A DNA stretch of 64,000 nucleotides, taken from assembly GCF_964204645.1 (NCBI RefSeq), contig NC_134025.1:16839101-16903100 (forward strand), written 5' to 3'. Of this stretch, positions 60,149-64,000 are shown piece after piece (positions within the stretch are counted from its first letter, which is position 1; every line of letters begins with the position of its first letter). Below the pieces are notes generated by a model that was not told the origin of the DNA, did not search any database, and was given only the letters and a program-made list of their open reading frames with translations. This stretch comes from Tubulanus polymorphus. Taxonomy: Eukaryota; Animalia; Nemertea. Made by a program: the position numbers and the translations under genes.

Positions 60149-61208
60149 GTTAGGATATCAACATTAACGTATCTATAAGAAGATTTAAGAAGTACTGATG
60201 TGCTTTAAGAGCAGTTTGATTTTTTTGGACAACTGGTTCCGAATAGTTATTAAGACGGTAAGACAACATAGTCCGTGTAAAATCCCCCAACGAACACAGC
60301 TCGACCGGTCGAGCAACGTTTCCATACCTCAGAATTAGGTAGCCGGGTAATGTAGTATGGCGGATTTCCCAGTTCATAACGTGACGTTATCAACTAGGTG
60401 CTTTGTGATGGGTTCGAATCCCACAAGACCTACTTTTTGTTGCCAATATCGTAAGATTTTATAGCAATGTATCCACGTCTCATCGTTGGACTATTTTTTA
60501 TTTTTATAGAAAGAGTTTAATGTCTAATTTCTAGAAATCCCTTCCTTCAAAATAGATTTAATGATGTTCCACAGGATTCCTTAAGAAAATTGATTGATGT
60601 CCTTCAAAGATTAAATTAAGGGTTAAAGTTGTCATATCAACATATATGATTCAAAATCTTTATTTTCATACATTCATTTTACAGAAATATCATATGTGAA
60701 AATAAGTAATCGTACATGATTAATTAGTTTCACGCGCATATAAACATCATGAAGCAAACATCATAAACATCATCTTCAGCACAAAATTCCAGCCAGGGTA
60801 AGGTTGAAATAGACAAACTTTATATACATTAAATAACACAGTAAAAAACCATTATCTCACACGTCGTAACTCAGAGATTTTACTAAATCAGAAAATAAAT
60901 TTCAAAACCCAAGTAATTCAAATCAGGCAAAAGGTTTACTGCATCAATATCCTAAAGATGGAATCATACTTTACCTTATGCAGAAACCAAATCCACTGAG
61001 CTAATAATATATGTTGATCTTTCAGAAATCAGAGAATTTTTGCCGACATTGAACTAGGCACAGGGCCCTAAGGACCCCGAGCTGCTCACATATGTATTTC
61101 ATTGGACATTATGAACATTTCTTACAAACCACAAAATTACCCTTAATAAATACGTCATATAGAATATCTTCACACTGCCTATGAAACCAAAGCTGACATC
61201 GCTCACAT

Positions 61209-61839
61209 TCAGCCATATATAAAAAAAACCTGGGGACGCGTTTTTGCTTGAATCCTTCCTAATACAATAAGAAATGGGGTAAAGAGTGATGAGTCCAGAC
61301 ACTTAAGTAAATGTTCCCTACAAAGACTGTGATCGTAGGTCACAGTTGTCACATCTTCCGCAAAAACTAAACCAGTGGCTATAGCCAAGGCCAAAACACT
61401 ACAGTCATTACCATTGGATTGCTTTTGAACAGACAATACATTTCCCTTAATAACATGGACATCATCAGCAAACATAATTATTTGATATTTGTTTCTGGAC
61501 ATTGTTCTTAATTTGTCCAAAAAATAAAGTATCATAATAATTAACATGACCATACTGACAACAGATATTACTAACGACTACCCAGTGGTTACCACCTGAA
61601 TGGAGAATTTGAACAAACTCTCCATTAGCTACAGAAAATTGTAAGTTGGGGCCTAATAGAGTATCCTCCAGCCCTTCGATGTGAGGGAACTGGTTGGCCA
61701 AGCAATTTTGTGCTATATTTATTGATTCATCAGTCAACCATTCACCACGTTTTATTACTTGTTTCTCATTCGCACTAATAACCCTTTTTATACGTTTTGC
61801 CACCGATACTTCTGTAGTTGAAGTTCGAGTTATTTTCAC
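61209..61839 (-). pseudogene. Ulp1/SENP-like cysteine protease remnant (transposon-associated), frameshifted
   Basis: WLTDESIN, NHWVVV, YYDTL, QSNGNDC motifs spread over two or more frames. Confidence 0.75.
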
Positions 61840-62359
61840 GTCATCGTCGTCTGATCTATGTTCATTGCCACTTTCTCTATCACTGGTTTCACTACCACTT
61901 GAAATCTAATAAACAGAAGTGACTTTCTATATAAGGAATATATATGATTCATTTGGTTTACACAACATAAGAAATTTGCCTAAAAATGAGGAAAAGAGTA
62001 TCAATAAAAAAAGTGGAGGTATATCTATGAATTTAATAAATTCCAAAGAAAGAGGTCACAAATATAGTTTCTAACTGCCAAGTAATCTTTAATGGATCTT
62101 TGATTACAGACCACATACCATTTAGACCTGTTGTTTTGATTTAGAATTATAAGGAGACATTTTCTCACTAATCTTCACTGACTGTGCTGGAATCGAAGTA
62201 TCATTGACAGCATCACCAGACAACTGAAGAAATAAATTACACAATTACTAAAACACTATTAAACTACTAAAAATTCATTGAAATCTGTCAGGCTATCAGA
62301 GAAATATAAGAGTAGGATATTGTGGCATGAAATGATCACTTAATAAATCCAAATATATC

Positions 62360-64000
62360 AGTAATAGGGAATAAGTTGTTTCATACCAAAGGTCGAAGGG
62401 TCGAGCTCATAAAAAATAAATTCTCGCAAATATTTTATCTATGTAATCTTTGAAATGAATATTCTTTTCTACTACACTTTTGGTTATTCCTTTTAACTTT
62501 TTAGCTTCATGTTCTTTAGTTTTATATGAATACATTTTAGATCTAATACCGATGAATTCAATCATTTCTTCACCACCTAATTCATCTTTGAATTTACCAG
62601 GAACTTTTTTATTATCATTGCTAAACAATTCATGATCTTTTTTTAAATCATTTGTTAGATTATTAGTTTTTATCTTTAATATGTACGCATCCGTATCTAG
62701 ATATAAGATTTCTATATGTTTTTCTCCAAAAAGTGGTTGTATATACATTATAATAGAATTCATACATTAATAACTTTGATATTTCTAAAACTGAAGCACC
62801 AACATAGATTGGTTTATTAAATTTCATAGAAGTTCTTCTCATCTTAACTGCAGCTAAATTTTCATCAAATATTCTGTTACCTAAAAACTTAGGATATGTT
62901 TGTAAATGCCTTATCCTTTTTACCATTACTTACTAACTCAATATCATTTCTATTTCTAATATTTTCACAAGTCTTGCCATAGAATGCATTATTCATTAAC
63001 TTGAAGAAATCTTTTTCGAAATCAGTTTTAGCTTCAGTTCTCTGTTTGGTGTTAAAATCTATATATTTTTCTAACCACTTAGATTGACTAAATGAAATAT
63101 ATCTATGTACTTTTTTTAGGATCATTCCTTGTTTTAGATAAAACTTTAACATTCTATAATGTACTACATAATTATATTTATCTTCCTGAGTTACCATTAA
63201 CTTTTCTGTATGAATATGATTTTCGGGTTTAATTCTTTTTTGATAATTTGATAATTCTTCATGAGTTACAGTTTTATGTTCTGGACAGTATGCTAGATTT
63301 CTAGATTTAAATTTAATATGTTCAGGATATTCTAAATCTACAACAAAGAAGTAACCAGTATCTGAATCATCTGCAATATCTAGAATTCTTTTCTTCCAAT
63401 CAAATTTATCATTATTTTCATGTTGTGAAACTTCACTTATTTCAAATACTCCGTAAGGTTGTGGTTCCATCATTGCCCAACCATACAAATTATTTGCTAT
63501 ATATCTATATAATCTATATATAATAACTTATATCGAGGGTTATCATTTACATTGAAATATCTATCACCTAATACACCTGAAACTCCTCCTCTTATAGATT
63601 TTTCAAATAATAATAATTGATCTATATTTGTTAACAAATCCATTTTTATATCTGTAAATTTTAATCCACAATCCCATGTTAAACCTGGACTAGAATAACA
63701 ATGACATGGATCAATATTAAAATATTTTAGGTTTACATCTCTAAACCTTTCAAACATATCAGTTAATAATAATACATCTGATTTTAAATATAAATCTACT
63801 AATTGTCCATGATTTTCTATTTTGGAATGATTCCAAATATTCAATGTTCTATTATAGACTTCATCTTTAACATATTCATTTTTTAATTCATCATATAATT
63901 GTTCTTTAAATAATTCAGTTATATTAAAATCATTATGTGATTTATAAAATGAATATGGAATTGCGCCTTTATATCTCATTAATTGAAAATCATCATTATT
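62360..64000. mobile_element. Polinton copy D: terminus joined to truncated polB; continues beyond the window
   Basis: AGTAATAGGG..TTTCATACCAAAGGTCGAA.GGTCGAGCTCAT at 62360-62410; polB homology from 62441. Confidence 0.85.
62441..64000 (-). pseudogene. polB: pPolB pseudogene (frameshifts, internal deletion, C-terminal truncation)
   Basis: Four ORF pieces nearly identical to the C-terminal half of 35866-39393. Confidence 0.93.

Noticed and set aside
61209-61839. Ulp1-like protease as the missing Polinton maturation protease
   Set aside because: Lies outside the copy D terminus, has host-like composition and no TAAATG start; such proteases are common in other DNA transposons
55810-62410. Termini at 55810 and 62360 as the two ends of one element
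   Set aside because: Same orientation, no TSD, and 55810 has the inner-arm flank rather than a host junction

Overview
Repeat-rich eukaryotic (probably invertebrate animal) genomic DNA with no convincing host housekeeping gene. It holds four pieces of one very AT-rich Polinton/Maverick (adintovirus-like) family. (A) The right part of a copy at <1-7789. (B) A complete 17.9-kb copy at 34871-52801 with ~598-bp TIRs, AG..CT ends and a TATGTC target-site duplication; it encodes pPolB, penton, major capsid protein, packaging ATPase, chromodomain integrase, an HNH nuclease and many membrane proteins, but no recognisable maturation protease. (C) A small related fragment at ~53400-55870. (D) A terminus fused to a truncated polB at 62360->64000. 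The rest is a young 5'-truncated LINE, Helentron-type elements, MITEs, Harbinger and Ulp1-protease remnants and tandem repeats. Most notable: most viral genes start at a T-run-N5-8-TAAATG motif matching poxvirus late promoters, the replication/Zn-finger genes use a second palindromic motif, and each TIR begins with a 404-bp imperfect hairpin. Together these suggest (inference) an integrated, helper-virus-dependent, possibly membrane-containing virophage-like element. All calls were made by eye, with no database searches.
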